Shown here piece by piece: positions 8,835 to 17,580 of a stretch of DNA of 48,593 nt. The position numbers were made by a program, and so were the translations under genes. Under the pieces are notes generated by a model. It saw nothing but the letters and a program-made list of their open reading frames with translations, was not told where the DNA came from and did no database searches. The DNA is taken from the UHGV virus genome UHGV-1371021, one strand, 5' to 3'. Position 1 is the first letter of the stretch, and every line of letters begins with the position of its first letter. The DNA is from a virus.

Positions 8835-8889
8835 TCTACGCCAGTGTGTTAAAATCATGGTATGTGAATTACTCAAAGAACACATAGAC

Positions 8890-9333
8890 ATGGCAAATCC
8901 AAACCCAAAACACAAATTTTCATCTACAAATCAGCCGCCACCCAGAGGAAAAAGCTACAGAGCAGTTCTCCTTGAGGCATTACGTGCTGCAAACAGCCCG
9001 ATGAATGAAGTTGAATTCGTTACCTATTACATCAACCGCGCGATGACGTGCGATGACGCTCAGGCTACAGGGATGCTGCGTGAAATATTCCTGCGCCTCA
9101 ACCCGATTCCGAAACCTGTTGCTCCACCGATTGAATTCGACTTCCCGGCAGATGGAAATCCCGTCGAAAAGATGGACGCTATCATCAAAGGCGTATCAAC
9201 TGGCGCTGTTCCTGCTGATATCGGCAAGATGATGGCTGACATTATCAAGTCTGGGCTGGATATTCAGGAAGTCACTGAACTGGCGCAGCGCCTTGAGCGA
9301 CTGGAGAAATTACTGGAGCAGCAGAATGGATGA
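8890..9333 (+). CDS. putative terminase small subunit
   Basis: Basic N-terminus (MANPNPKHK...). Immediately upstream of the large terminase. Start chosen at ATG 8890. The track ORF begins at 8758 inside the terminator. Confidence 0.5.
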   Translation: MANPNPKHKFSSTNQPPPRGKSYRAVLLEALRAANSPMNEVEFVTYYINRAMTCDDAQATGMLREIFLRLNPIPKPVAPPIEFDFPADGNPVEKMDAIIKGVSTGAVPADIGKMMADIIKSGLDIQEVTELAQRLERLEKLLEQQNG

Positions 9334-9478
9334 TGAAGCAAATAAATATAAATCAAAATGTGATGAGGTGCTATTGCCACGCAACAGCAGTAGTCGCGGC
9401 GTTACATTTGATAAAGCAATGACGGATGAAGAGGTGATGGATGTTTTGCAGGGGTTAATCAATGGCTCGTAAACGCCT
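9326..9478 (+). CDS. hypothetical small protein (50 aa) between the terminase genes
   Basis: Overlaps both neighbouring genes. Acidic. Confidence 0.35.
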
Positions 9479-10883
9479 ATCAGCCCTGGCAATAGAAAAG
9501 CTGGAGGCGCAGGTTGATGATGTGCTGACTGAAGTTGCTGAGTCAGCCATTTTCGGCATCTGTGATATGCAGAAGAGCGTCGTTAAGCGCCTCAGAATGA
9601 CCGCTACAGGCGTGGAGGATGTTACCCATGCAACCACGCAGGCAGACCATTTAATCCCCGCAAAACTGGAGAGGCTGCTTTATCCGAAGCCATGGAAGGT
9701 TGTATATGGCGGCCGTGGTTCGGCAAAGACTCGCACGGTGTCGACAATCCTTACTGAGTCGGCAAGATTCAAATCTGAACGTATCGGGTGCTTCCGCGAG
9801 ATTCAGCAATCAATTGAAGACTCCAGCTATCAGGAACTGGTGGATGAAATTGATCGCAAAGGAGAATCAAAAGAATATCGTTGTATTGATGGCAAGATTA
9901 CCCACAAGAAGACTAAATCAAAGTTCCGTTTCCGTGGCCTTTATCGAAACGTGACTGGCGTTAAGGGTTTCGCTGGCATCACGAAGGCATGGATTGAGGA
10001 AGCTGAAAACGTCAGTCAGGCATCGTGGGATATCCTTGAACCTACCGTGCGCAACCCCGGTGCTGAGATATGGGTGACATTCAACCCCAACAAAGAAACC
10101 GATGCCACATGGACGCGATGGGTTGCCCCGTGGCACAACAAAATGGTCAACGGAATTTACGAGGATGATGAAATACTCATCATTGAGTGTAACTGGACCG
10201 ATAACCCATGGATGACAGAGGAGTTAATCCGCTCAAAAGATAAAATGAAGCGCGTCGACTTCGATCGCTATATGTGGATATGGGAAGGAAAATTTAACAA
10301 ACGTAGCGACGAGCAAGTTTTCGGCGGCAAATGGCGTATTGATAACTTCGAGGTCAAATCTGAATGGCATGGGCCATATTTCGGGATGGACTTCGGGTTT
10401 TCCACTGATCCCACCGCAATGGTTGAAGTTTACATCGAAGAATTACCAGGTGGACGGCGCAACATTTATATTAATCGCGAATATGGCAAGGTTGGGCTTG
10501 AGATTACTGATACGCCAGCCGCGATGGAGCAATCATTCCCGATGGCTAAGCGCGCGCGATGGTATGCAGACTGCGCTCGACCTGAAACTATCAGCCACAT
10601 CAAGCGTTCTGGATTCGATATTCACCCATGCACAAAATGGCCGGGAAGCGTTGAGGATGGCGTTACGTGGCTGCGTGGGTGCGATAGTATCATCATTCAC
10701 GAGCGGTGCAAGGAAATGCAGAATGAGGCGGCAATGTACAGCTACAAAGTCGATAAGCTGACAGGGAATGTGCTGACTGATATTGTTGATGCATATAACC
10801 ATTACTGGGATGCGGTTCGTTACGCACTTAATGACCACATCGTTCAGCGCGGTAGCGGTATGCTAATCCGACGCAGGCGATAA
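9462..10883 (+). CDS. terL: terminase large subunit
   Basis: Walker A VYGGRGSAKT. N-terminal ATPase followed by a C-terminal nuclease-like region. 473 aa. Confidence 0.9.
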   Translation: MARKRLSALAIEKLEAQVDDVLTEVAESAIFGICDMQKSVVKRLRMTATGVEDVTHATTQADHLIPAKLERLLYPKPWKVVYGGRGSAKTRTVSTILTESARFKSERIGCFREIQQSIEDSSYQELVDEIDRKGESKEYRCIDGKITHKKTKSKFRFRGLYRNVTGVKGFAGITKAWIEEAENVSQASWDILEPTVRNPGAEIWVTFNPNKETDATWTRWVAPWHNKMVNGIYEDDEILIIECNWTDNPWMTEELIRSKDKMKRVDFDRYMWIWEGKFNKRSDEQVFGGKWRIDNFEVKSEWHGPYFGMDFGFSTDPTAMVEVYIEELPGGRRNIYINREYGKVGLEITDTPAAMEQSFPMAKRARWYADCARPETISHIKRSGFDIHPCTKWPGSVEDGVTWLRGCDSIIIHERCKEMQNEAAMYSYKVDKLTGNVLTDIVDAYNHYWDAVRYALNDHIVQRGSGMLIRRRR

Positions 10884-10910
10884 AAATAAAGCCCGCGTTT
10901 GCGGGCTTAA
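10884..10910. terminator. bidirectional Rho-independent terminator (aagcccgcGTTTgcgggctt)
   Basis: GC stem flanked by A-run and T-run. Lies between convergent transcription units. Confidence 0.8.
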
Positions 10911-11119
10911 AGCTCATCTCTCAATCTGGATATATCACTCACAGCTGCATACATGTTTGATTTAATGCGTTCAGACTTTTCATCTCTGCATCTGTCTTTT
11001 ATTATCGAAATGGCAATATTGAAAGCCTCAATTTTTGCCTCTCTTATCGCTTGATTTCTTGGTTTCACTTTCGCCTTCGGCATCTCACGAAGGCATTTTG
11101 GCATGTAATTAGTAGGCAT
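10907..11119 (-). CDS. hypothetical basic protein (~70 aa)
   Basis: Lower part of track ORF 10907..11260. Start placed at ATG 11119, overlapping the stop of the upstream small ORF. Weak RBS. Confidence 0.35.
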   Translation of the reverse strand: MPTNYMPKCLREMPKAKVKPRNQAIREAKIEAFNIAISIIKDRCRDEKSERIKSNMYAAVSDISRLRDEL

Positions 11120-11264
11120 TTGATGGGTAGTAACCTTCTTTGATGCCAAGCATCTTTGCGATTGTTGGGCCAACTTTCTGGGCGGTAACGATGCCAAATT
11201 TAACGTAGTCAGCACCATAAGTTTCTGTAATGTACGCTTCGCACTCTTTTTTAGTCTCAAACAT
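11109..11264 (-). CDS. hypothetical small protein (51 aa, MFETKKECEAYITETYGADYVKF...)
   Basis: AAGGAA RBS. Protein-like composition. In a different frame from the track ORF. Confidence 0.4.
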   Translation of the reverse strand: MFETKKECEAYITETYGADYVKFGIVTAQKVGPTIAKMLGIKEGYYPSNAY

Positions 11265-11298
11265 TTCTCTTGTTCCTTAATCTCTTTTCGATAAGATG

Positions 11299-11327
11299 AT
11301 TCTACATCACCGGTATATCTACGTCAA
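11299..11327 (-). promoter_or_regulatory. leftward promoter TTGACG-N17-TAGAAT
   Basis: Hexamers with 17-bp spacing about 30 nt upstream of ATG 11264. Confidence 0.5.
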
Positions 11328-11365
11328 CATTTATTATTGTTGTTGATAAATACGCATCACCACAC

Positions 11366-11394
11366 TTGACCAATCTACACCGAGCGCATAGTAT
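11366..11394 (+). promoter_or_regulatory. rightward promoter TTGACC-N17-TAGTAT
   Basis: Hexamers with 17-bp spacing about 30 nt upstream of ATG 11425. Confidence 0.5.
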
Positions 11395-11424
11395 ATCTAC
11401 ATCAGGCTTACCGGAGATATCACT

Positions 11425-11631
11425 ATGCGCAGCTACGCAGGATTTACACAGGAGGAAAAAGAGCAGGTTTATTCGCTGGCGCGAGCTGGTGTGCCTGACG
11501 AGGTGATTTGTCGTCGGTATGACATCGACGAGGACTTCCTGCTTCGAGTCATTGATGATGTTTTTGTGAACCTGCAAGAGAAGCGCGGATATAAGGGTAT
11601 CTGCTGCAAGAATGATTTTTTGAGAGGGTGA
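11425..11631 (+). CDS. hypothetical protein (68 aa), possible HTH
   Basis: ORF track entry. First gene of the operon. Confidence 0.5.
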   Translation: MRSYAGFTQEEKEQVYSLARAGVPDEVICRRYDIDEDFLLRVIDDVFVNLQEKRGYKGICCKNDFLRG

Positions 11632-11635
11632 TGTG

Positions 11636-12136
11636 ATGACCACAATTGCATGGGACGGGATTACGATTGCGCATGATAGCCAGGCTACTGCTGGAAGCCT
11701 TGTTATGGCTAATCAGGTTAAATCATTTATCGTAAATGCCAGTGACGCATTGTTTATTCGTGGAGAGTTAGCAAAGCTGATTGTTTGCAGTGGAACGGCT
11801 GGTGATGAGCGATGGGGTGCGCACTTCATGCGCAATAGCTCAGTTGATGACATTCTTGAATTACCTGAAGAACTGACATTTAATTTGTGGGTGTTTACTG
11901 AGCGCGGTAACTGCTACGCAATTCATAAATACCAAGGGAATAAGCACCCATCAGTTTACGTGATAATCCCGCCATTCGCATCCGGTAGCGGCAAAGACAT
12001 AGCGATGACTGCAATGTATTTGGGGCAGACGGCTGAGAAGGCCATTATCACTGCGTCGGTACTTGATGCTTACACGGATTCAAATGTTAAATGCTATGAC
12101 TTTGTTCATGGCGCTACTGATAACGAACTTTGCTGA
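11636..12136 (+). CDS. HslV/proteasome beta-like Ntn-hydrolase peptidase (T1 family)
   Basis: Mature N-terminus M-TTIAWDG..AHDSQATAG..VKSF resembles HslV (TTIVSV..AGDGQAT.G). GSGKDIAMTAMYLG matches the HslV GSGG segment. GAGGG RBS 7 nt upstream of ATG 11636. Confidence 0.6.
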   Translation: MTTIAWDGITIAHDSQATAGSLVMANQVKSFIVNASDALFIRGELAKLIVCSGTAGDERWGAHFMRNSSVDDILELPEELTFNLWVFTERGNCYAIHKYQGNKHPSVYVIIPPFASGSGKDIAMTAMYLGQTAEKAIITASVLDAYTDSNVKCYDFVHGATDNELC

Positions 12137-12141
12137 GGTGA

Positions 12142-12354
12142 GTGATGATTATTGAAAGAGAAGATGGGTTTTTAGCAAAAGATAAAACAATTTCATACAT
12201 GAGTGGCGAGATTGACGTTGAATCCGCTGAAACGCTCGGTACTGAATTCATTTCGCTGTATCAATGTGGAGAGCAGGTTGCTATGACAAAAACGCAGGCC
12301 ACCCAACTCATCGCAGTGCTTCAGAAATGGGTTGATGGCGGGGAGGTGGAGTGA
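12142..12354 (+). CDS. hypothetical protein (70 aa)
   Basis: ORF track entry. GAGG RBS. Confidence 0.5.
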   Translation: MMIIEREDGFLAKDKTISYMSGEIDVESAETLGTEFISLYQCGEQVAMTKTQATQLIAVLQKWVDGGEVE

Positions 12355-12605
12355 TGGGGATGGATAGTAGAACAACCTTGGCACATCTGCTTAAAGAGAT
12401 TGATGGGTTCTCATGGCCTGAATTTTCTGGTAATGCAGTGTGCCAATATGACGGAGAAGTGAAATTCTCAAATGAATTATATGCACAGCATGGTGGGGCG
12501 TTTATCGTCATGCCATTTATTGAGGATACAGATGTGAAGGTTAATCCATTGAGGTTACTGCCATCACATCACTCATGCTCAAAGGAAGAATTTTACTCGC
12601 TATAG
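12351..12605 (+). CDS. hypothetical protein (84 aa)
   Basis: ATGA-coupled ORF. Confidence 0.5.
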   Translation: MMGMDSRTTLAHLLKEIDGFSWPEFSGNAVCQYDGEVKFSNELYAQHGGAFIVMPFIEDTDVKVNPLRLLPSHHSCSKEEFYSL

Positions 12606-12625
12606 ACACCACCGCACCATGCTAT

Positions 12626-12652
12626 AATCCCTCCATCGTGAGGGATTTTTTA
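12626..12652. terminator. Rho-independent terminator (atccctcCATCGTgagggat + TTTTTT) overlapping a TGCTATAAT element
   Basis: Stem-loop plus T-run 11 nt upstream of the portal ATG. The left arm overlaps the -10-like TGCTATAAT at 12620..12628. Confidence 0.65.
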
Positions 12653-12662
12653 TTGGTGACAT

Positions 12663-14075
12663 ATGTCCAAAATTGATGCTTTAAACGCCTATATACGCGA
12701 TCGCGTGGCGAACAATAATCGGGCGCTCCAGCAGCAGCGGCTTTGTGCTGGTGGGAAGAATCTTGACCAGAAGCACGACAGACTCTGGACGGAATGCGGC
12801 TACCCGCAGGAAATCACCGCCGAGATGTTCCGCTATGCCTACGAGCGACATCCAGCCGCCGCCGCTGGTATTAACCGCATTATTAATAAATGCTGGCAGA
12901 AATACCCAGAAGTGGTTGAAGATGGCGAGGATGACAAGAACTCAACGCAGTGGGAATTGTCCATCAATGACATGATGAAGCGCGCCTATCCGTTCATCAA
13001 GGAGGCTGACAAGCGCAACGCCATCAACCGTTATTCCGCTATTATCCTTCAAATCCGCGACGGTAAGCAGTGGAGTGAGCCAGTAGACATCACCAAAACC
13101 CGCCGCATTAAAGATAAATCCATAGTTCGCTTTATTCCAGTATGGGAAGAGCAGCTCCGCGTCAGTGCATTGAATAATGATGAAGCCAGCGAAGATTACG
13201 GAATGCCTGAGATGTACGAATATCAGGAAAGCGCCGTGGAGGACTTCGACAGTGATGGCAAACCCGAGCGTTCAGTGCAGATTCATCCTGATCGCATTAT
13301 CATTCTGGCTGAGGGCAGCTTTGATGGCAGCATGTTCAGCGGCATCCCGATGTTGCGTGCTGGTTACAACAGCCTTATCGACATGGCTAAAGTTTCCGGT
13401 AGTTCTGCGGAAGGTTTCCTGAAGAATGCAAGCCGCCAACTGGCTGTTAACTACACGAAGGACAACGTAACGCCAGCAAGCCTTGCTCAGTCGATGGGTG
13501 TCGATATTGAAGAACTCACCGACATCATGAATGAGAACATCGAAGCTCTGAACTCAGGCATCGACGCGGCTATGTTCACAATGGGCGCGGATGCGAAGGT
13601 TCTAGCTGTGACGCCAGCCGACCCGAAACCGACATGGGAAGTGGCTGCCAACCAGTTTGCTGCATCAATGGCGCTTCCGTTCACCGTCATTTTTGGTCAG
13701 CAAACTGGACGCCTTGCAAGCGACGAAGACAAGATGCAGGAGGCGATGACCGCCAAGCAGCGCCGAGAAACATGGGTTGATCATGTCATCTCAATGTTTG
13801 TTGAGCGCATGATTCAGTTCGGCATTGTCGATAAAGCACCGGCAAATGGTTATAAGGTTAAGTGGGATGACCTGCTTGCCCCGTCCGAACTGGATAAAGC
13901 TGAGTTGCTGGCTAAGCTCGCCACTGCGAACAAGTCGTTCTTTGATGCTGGTCAGTCTGCGTTGCTGACAGTCGATGAAGCTCGCGGCATGGTTGGTATG
14001 GAGCCAATTAAGCTTGACGAAAGCTATCGCGAAGACACACCGCCGGAAGATGAAAATGAAGATATTCCGGTTTAA
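12663..14075 (+). CDS. portal protein
   Basis: 470-aa ORF directly after the terminase module, acidic C-terminus. Assigned by position and size. Confidence 0.8.
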   Translation: MSKIDALNAYIRDRVANNNRALQQQRLCAGGKNLDQKHDRLWTECGYPQEITAEMFRYAYERHPAAAAGINRIINKCWQKYPEVVEDGEDDKNSTQWELSINDMMKRAYPFIKEADKRNAINRYSAIILQIRDGKQWSEPVDITKTRRIKDKSIVRFIPVWEEQLRVSALNNDEASEDYGMPEMYEYQESAVEDFDSDGKPERSVQIHPDRIIILAEGSFDGSMFSGIPMLRAGYNSLIDMAKVSGSSAEGFLKNASRQLAVNYTKDNVTPASLAQSMGVDIEELTDIMNENIEALNSGIDAAMFTMGADAKVLAVTPADPKPTWEVAANQFAASMALPFTVIFGQQTGRLASDEDKMQEAMTAKQRRETWVDHVISMFVERMIQFGIVDKAPANGYKVKWDDLLAPSELDKAELLAKLATANKSFFDAGQSALLTVDEARGMVGMEPIKLDESYREDTPPEDENEDIPV

Positions 14076-15006
14076 CGCCAGACTCCCACAACCGCGCATA
14101 TCGCAAAGCCTGACAGACCCGTTAGGCGCTGCGTCTCGCCTGTCTAAGATGGATAAGGTGATAACGCGCAAATACAAACAACTCAGAACTCGTGCGCTTG
14201 AGTTGTTTCGCACCATTCCTAGCAGTCAGGCCAACACAGAATCAAGCGGTCTGTATTTCTATGATTTCAGTAGTGCACGCGCTGCGACATTTATGGATGA
14301 GTTGCAGGCGCTGATTGACGAGATTCTGCTTGAAGGTGACGATTTCGGACACGGCAGGATGTGGGCCAATGTATTCATCGGTGATGCGTATCAAGCAGGC
14401 ACGCAGAAGGCTAACTCAGAACTGTCAAGCCTGTCTCCGGTTTATGCTGAACAGCGACCGATTGCTGCAATACTCTACAGTGAGCCTTATATGAATAGGC
14501 TGCGGTTGGCGTACACAGCCGGATACTCAGACTGGCGCGGATTGAGCGATTATTCCCGTCAGCAGCTGGCATCAGTCATTATGGAAGGTATTGCCCGTGG
14601 CGCTAATCCCCGCGATGTTGAAGCTGATATCGTTAAGCGCGTGGATGTGTCTCACAGCTACGCGAAACAGATTGCGCAGACAGAAATCACCGGAACACTA
14701 CGGCAGGCAAACAGGCGAGAAGTCATTGAGGCGCGCGAAGAATTGGGCATTGAGACGGTGATGCTGTGGCAATCGGCATTGATGCGCACGACTCGCCAGA
14801 CCCACGCGGCGCGACACGGACGTTTTTACACGCCAGAAGAGATTGACACGTTTTATAGCGAGAATGGCAATAGATATAATTGCCACTGCGCTCAAACTCC
14901 AGCATTGTTAATGGACGGTAAGCCTGTAATTCTTGAATCGTCGCAGGAAAGGCTTGATAAGCAGCGCGAGGCATGGCAATCGGCAAACAAAAAGCCCTCT
15001 AAGTGA
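14050..15006 (+). CDS. head morphogenesis protein (Mu gpF / SPP1 gp7 family)
   Basis: AQTEITGT....W.....[12 protein letters not shown] matches the Phage_Mu_F conserved block. Start uncertain, track ORF opens at 13975. Overlaps the portal 3' end. Confidence 0.8.
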   Translation: MKMKIFRFNARLPQPRISQSLTDPLGAASRLSKMDKVITRKYKQLRTRALELFRTIPSSQANTESSGLYFYDFSSARAATFMDELQALIDEILLEGDDFGHGRMWANVFIGDAYQAGTQKANSELSSLSPVYAEQRPIAAILYSEPYMNRLRLAYTAGYSDWRGLSDYSRQQLASVIMEGIARGANPRDVEADIVKRVDVSHSYAKQIAQTEITGTLRQANRREVIEAREELGIETVMLWQSALMRTTRQTHAARHGRFYTPEEIDTFYSENGNRYNCHCAQTPALLMDGKPVILESSQERLDKQREAWQSANKKPSK

Positions 15007-15020
15007 GGGCTTTGATTTAT
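14991..15020. terminator. Rho-independent terminator (gccctcTAAGTgagggc + T-rich tail)
   Basis: Stem-loop containing the stop codon of the preceding gene. Confidence 0.7.
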
Positions 15021-15089
15021 CTTATCAGCATACACAGAACAAATATTATTATCGCATAGCACAATATCTCTACGACGCTGAATATTGTT

Positions 15090-15713
15090 TTAATCATCCA
15101 GTTTCACGCCGGGAATTTTGCCCGCTGCGATGGCGTCGTAAATGAATGTGGCATCATTAATTCTCGGGTCGTCACCATAATCAAACATTAACAATTCTTT
15201 TATCTTCTCCACTGCTGCTTCTCGCTTCCTTTCTGCTTCTGTACGGATGGGTCTGAATTTTAGTGAATCGCCACATGATGAAAAGTGGATATACTGCACA
15301 CCTTCAAATGTGTCACAAAGCATAACAACACCCTGAGTGCCAACAATATAATCAATCTTGCACTTCCACCATGTCCCACCTCCATTAAGAGAGTATTCAC
15401 ACTCACACCCAACTGGCGGCAGACCTTCGCCGTTCCATGCTGAATTTTTCGATGCTGCGAGCGCTGCTTTGTATTGCCAATAGGTTACTATCGACTCCTT
15501 ATGGTCGGAAGATAATGGAATAGCCACTTCTCCGCACCAGAAATACATAAGGATATTCCCAGTGTGATGTTTCCATGAGAACCCATCGTAGTGTGGGTCA
15601 TTCGTGTCCCATACGCACAGTGAACCGTCATTATCTTGAGTAATTGACAGCGCGTTTTGAGGCCACCCACCACGCTTAGGTAATTCTTGAACTAACAGGT
15701 CGATAAGTTTCAT
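15090..15713 (-). CDS. hypothetical protein (207 aa, Cys/Trp-rich)
   Basis: ORF track entry. Last gene of a leftward 5-gene operon. No recognisable domain. Confidence 0.6.
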   Translation of the reverse strand: MKLIDLLVQELPKRGGWPQNALSITQDNDGSLCVWDTNDPHYDGFSWKHHTGNILMYFWCGEVAIPLSSDHKESIVTYWQYKAALAASKNSAWNGEGLPPVGCECEYSLNGGGTWWKCKIDYIVGTQGVVMLCDTFEGVQYIHFSSCGDSLKFRPIRTEAERKREAAVEKIKELLMFDYGDDPRINDATFIYDAIAAGKIPGVKLDD

Positions 15714-15982
15714 TTTGTTTCTCCCAATGCCTTATTAACCGCCGAACGCGCATTATCCAGAGCGCGACGCTTGCTTGATGTTGTCCAGACTTTGCCGGAG
15801 TGGTCATCGTAGATTTCCAGTAGTTGTTGGAGTGCCGATAGCATAGCCTTGTTATTGTCGTGGCAATAACCAACAGAAAAGCCATGCCATAACTTATCCT
15901 TTTCGCTATCTGTCATATCGTTGAATCCAACTGAATCAAACCACTCACTAAATAATTGGTACACTTCGCGCTGCGTCATCAT
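15710..15982 (-). CDS. hypothetical protein (~90 aa)
   Basis: Track ORF 15710..16012 trimmed to the ATG at 15982/15979 that has a GAGG RBS. Confidence 0.5.
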   Translation of the reverse strand: MMTQREVYQLFSEWFDSVGFNDMTDSEKDKLWHGFSVGYCHDNNKAMLSALQQLLEIYDDHSGKVWTTSSKRRALDNARSAVNKALGETK

Positions 15983-15987
15983 CAACC

Positions 15988-16122
15988 TCACATAAGCCAT
16001 TGACCGTGGCAATCAATCCATGAAATCCATCGAGATACAGTCCATGCGCTTGTGTCGCCGCATGGAGTTGTGCAGGTAAACTTCCCTTCTTTAAATAAAA
16101 TGCGCTTTACATTCATTTCCAT
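15988..16122 (-). CDS. hypothetical small Cys-containing protein (44 aa)
   Basis: GAGG RBS. TCTTPCGD...CHG motif. Confidence 0.35.
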   Translation of the reverse strand: MEMNVKRILFKEGKFTCTTPCGDTSAWTVSRWISWIDCHGQWLM

Positions 16123-16130
16123 CACCAACC

Positions 16131-16274
16131 TCACTTAATATATTCAACAATCTCAACTTCACGCATCTGCACAAGGCCAAATGGTGCAACCACCTTGCCG
16201 CACGGACGGATTTTGATTTGCTCAATGCTGAACACTCCGCAGCGTCCGTTTTCTTTGAATTTGACCATTACCAT
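16131..16274 (-). CDS. hypothetical small protein (47 aa)
   Basis: AAGGTG RBS. Confidence 0.35.
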   Translation of the reverse strand: MVMVKFKENGRCGVFSIEQIKIRPCGKVVAPFGLVQMREVEIVEYIK

Positions 16275-16284
16275 AATCACACCT

Positions 16285-16506
16285 TTATCTGGCAAGAATC
16301 CACACATGCTTCAGTGCGGAGATAAACCTGCCAACCCTTGTTTTCCCTTTCAAATTGACCAGGTACATATTTGAAACTGAAGATTTCGCTCCATCACATA
16401 TCATTGTTATTGCGGTTTTATTTCCATCTTTGAGCCTTGTGAATACCATCTCGCCCTGCCCGGTAAGACTTAGCGTATTACTTTTTTTGTTAAGTTTTAT
16501 CTCCAT
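16285..16506 (-). CDS. hypothetical protein (73 aa), first gene of the leftward operon
   Basis: Track ORF starts at 16527. I place the start at ATG 16506, 6 nt after GAGGTG within the conserved leader GAGGTGATGAAGATG. Confidence 0.5.
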   Translation of the reverse strand: MEIKLNKKSNTLSLTGQGEMVFTRLKDGNKTAITMICDGAKSSVSNMYLVNLKGKTRVGRFISALKHVWILAR

Positions 16507-16611
16507 CTTCATCACCTCATTCGTCATTTGATGTAGATACTATGCACCACCTCTCAATCTACGTCAATAGCCATTGTGATAGAATTAATCATTATTTGAA
16601 CAGGAGGCAGA

Positions 16612-16890
16612 ATGAAACTATCGCAACGCGGCGCGGAGGCTCTCGGAATCACCGATGCCGTGGATATATCGCCTTACATCACCACTAAGACAACGCAGAA
16701 TCAGTTTGATGCACTGACAAGTCTTGCTGCCGACATCGGCATTGACTCGTTCCGCAAATCAACGCTTCTGAAGAAACACAATCTCCGCTGCTTCTCATGT
16801 GTCGTCGCGCACTTCATCGTGTGGGGCGAGAAGACTGGCGACAAAGCAAAACGCAAAGCTGAAAAAGAGGTTTACTGGTATGGCTATTAG
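16612..16890 (+). CDS. hypothetical protein (92 aa, no TM segment) preceding the endolysin
   Basis: AGGAGG RBS. Not a holin because it lacks a hydrophobic helix. Overlaps the endolysin start. Confidence 0.45.
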   Translation: MKLSQRGAEALGITDAVDISPYITTKTTQNQFDALTSLAADIGIDSFRKSTLLKKHNLRCFSCVVAHFIVWGEKTGDKAKRKAEKEVYWYGY

Positions 16891-17344
16891 CAAAAACATG
16901 AAGGCGTTTCTGGATATGCTGGCGTACAGCGAGGGCACGGATAACGGGCGACAGAAAACCAATAATCATGGTTATGATGTGATTGTCGGCGGTTCACTGT
17001 TTGCCGACTATTCCGATCACCCACGCAAGCTGATTAGCCTGCCTAAGCTGGGCATAAAATCCACTGCCGCAGGGCGCTATCAGGTGCTGGCTAAGTTTTA
17101 TGACGCGTACAAAAAGCAATTGCGTTTACCGGACTTCTCCCCCGCATCTCAGGACGCCATCGCAATGCAGCTAATACGTGAATGCAAAGCCACCGCTGAT
17201 ATTGAGGCTGGTCGCATTGCTGACGCTATCCATAAATGCCGCTCCCGCTGGGCTTCACTGCCTGGCGCTGGATATGGTCAGCATGAGCAGAAATTGGATA
17301 GGCTGATTCAGGTATACAAAGAGGCTGGCGGAGCTGTGGCATGA
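16880..17344 (+). CDS. R: endolysin, lambda R-type lytic transglycosylase
   Basis: KAFLDMLAYSEGTDNGRQKT.NHGYDVIVGG.LF.DYSDHPRKL...AGRYQ...DAY.KQL...DFSP.SQDA is near-identical to lambda R. ...WASLPGAGYGQ also matches. Confidence 0.9.
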   Translation: MAISKNMKAFLDMLAYSEGTDNGRQKTNNHGYDVIVGGSLFADYSDHPRKLISLPKLGIKSTAAGRYQVLAKFYDAYKKQLRLPDFSPASQDAIAMQLIRECKATADIEAGRIADAIHKCRSRWASLPGAGYGQHEQKLDRLIQVYKEAGGAVA

Positions 17345-17580
17345 AAAAGCTAAGCAACTGGCTGCTCGGTGCGTGGATTTCATTCTGCTCACTATTGCAG
17401 CTATGGCCTGACGCAATGATGCATGTGTGGGTAATGATGCCGGACGACCTGAAAGCGGCGCTACCGCCAATCGTGGTTAAAGGTGTGAGCTACTCCATCA
17501 TGCTGGTTGGCATCCTCGGCAAGATGAACGGCATGAGGAAGGAAAACCGGAGGCTGCGCAATGATGTCGATTCTCGCTAA
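17341..17580 (+). CDS. putative holin (79 aa, two hydrophobic segments, charged C-terminus)
   Basis: TM-like WLLGAWISFCSLLQLW and VSYSIMLVGILG, basic tail KENRRLRND. Sits between the endolysin and Rz and overlaps both. Confidence 0.5.
   Translation: MKKLSNWLLGAWISFCSLLQLWPDAMMHVWVMMPDDLKAALPPIVVKGVSYSIMLVGILGKMNGMRKENRRLRNDVDSR

Noticed and set aside
16612-16890. 92-aa ORF as the holin
   Set aside because: It has no hydrophobic segment of TM length. The 2-TM protein after the endolysin fits a holin better.
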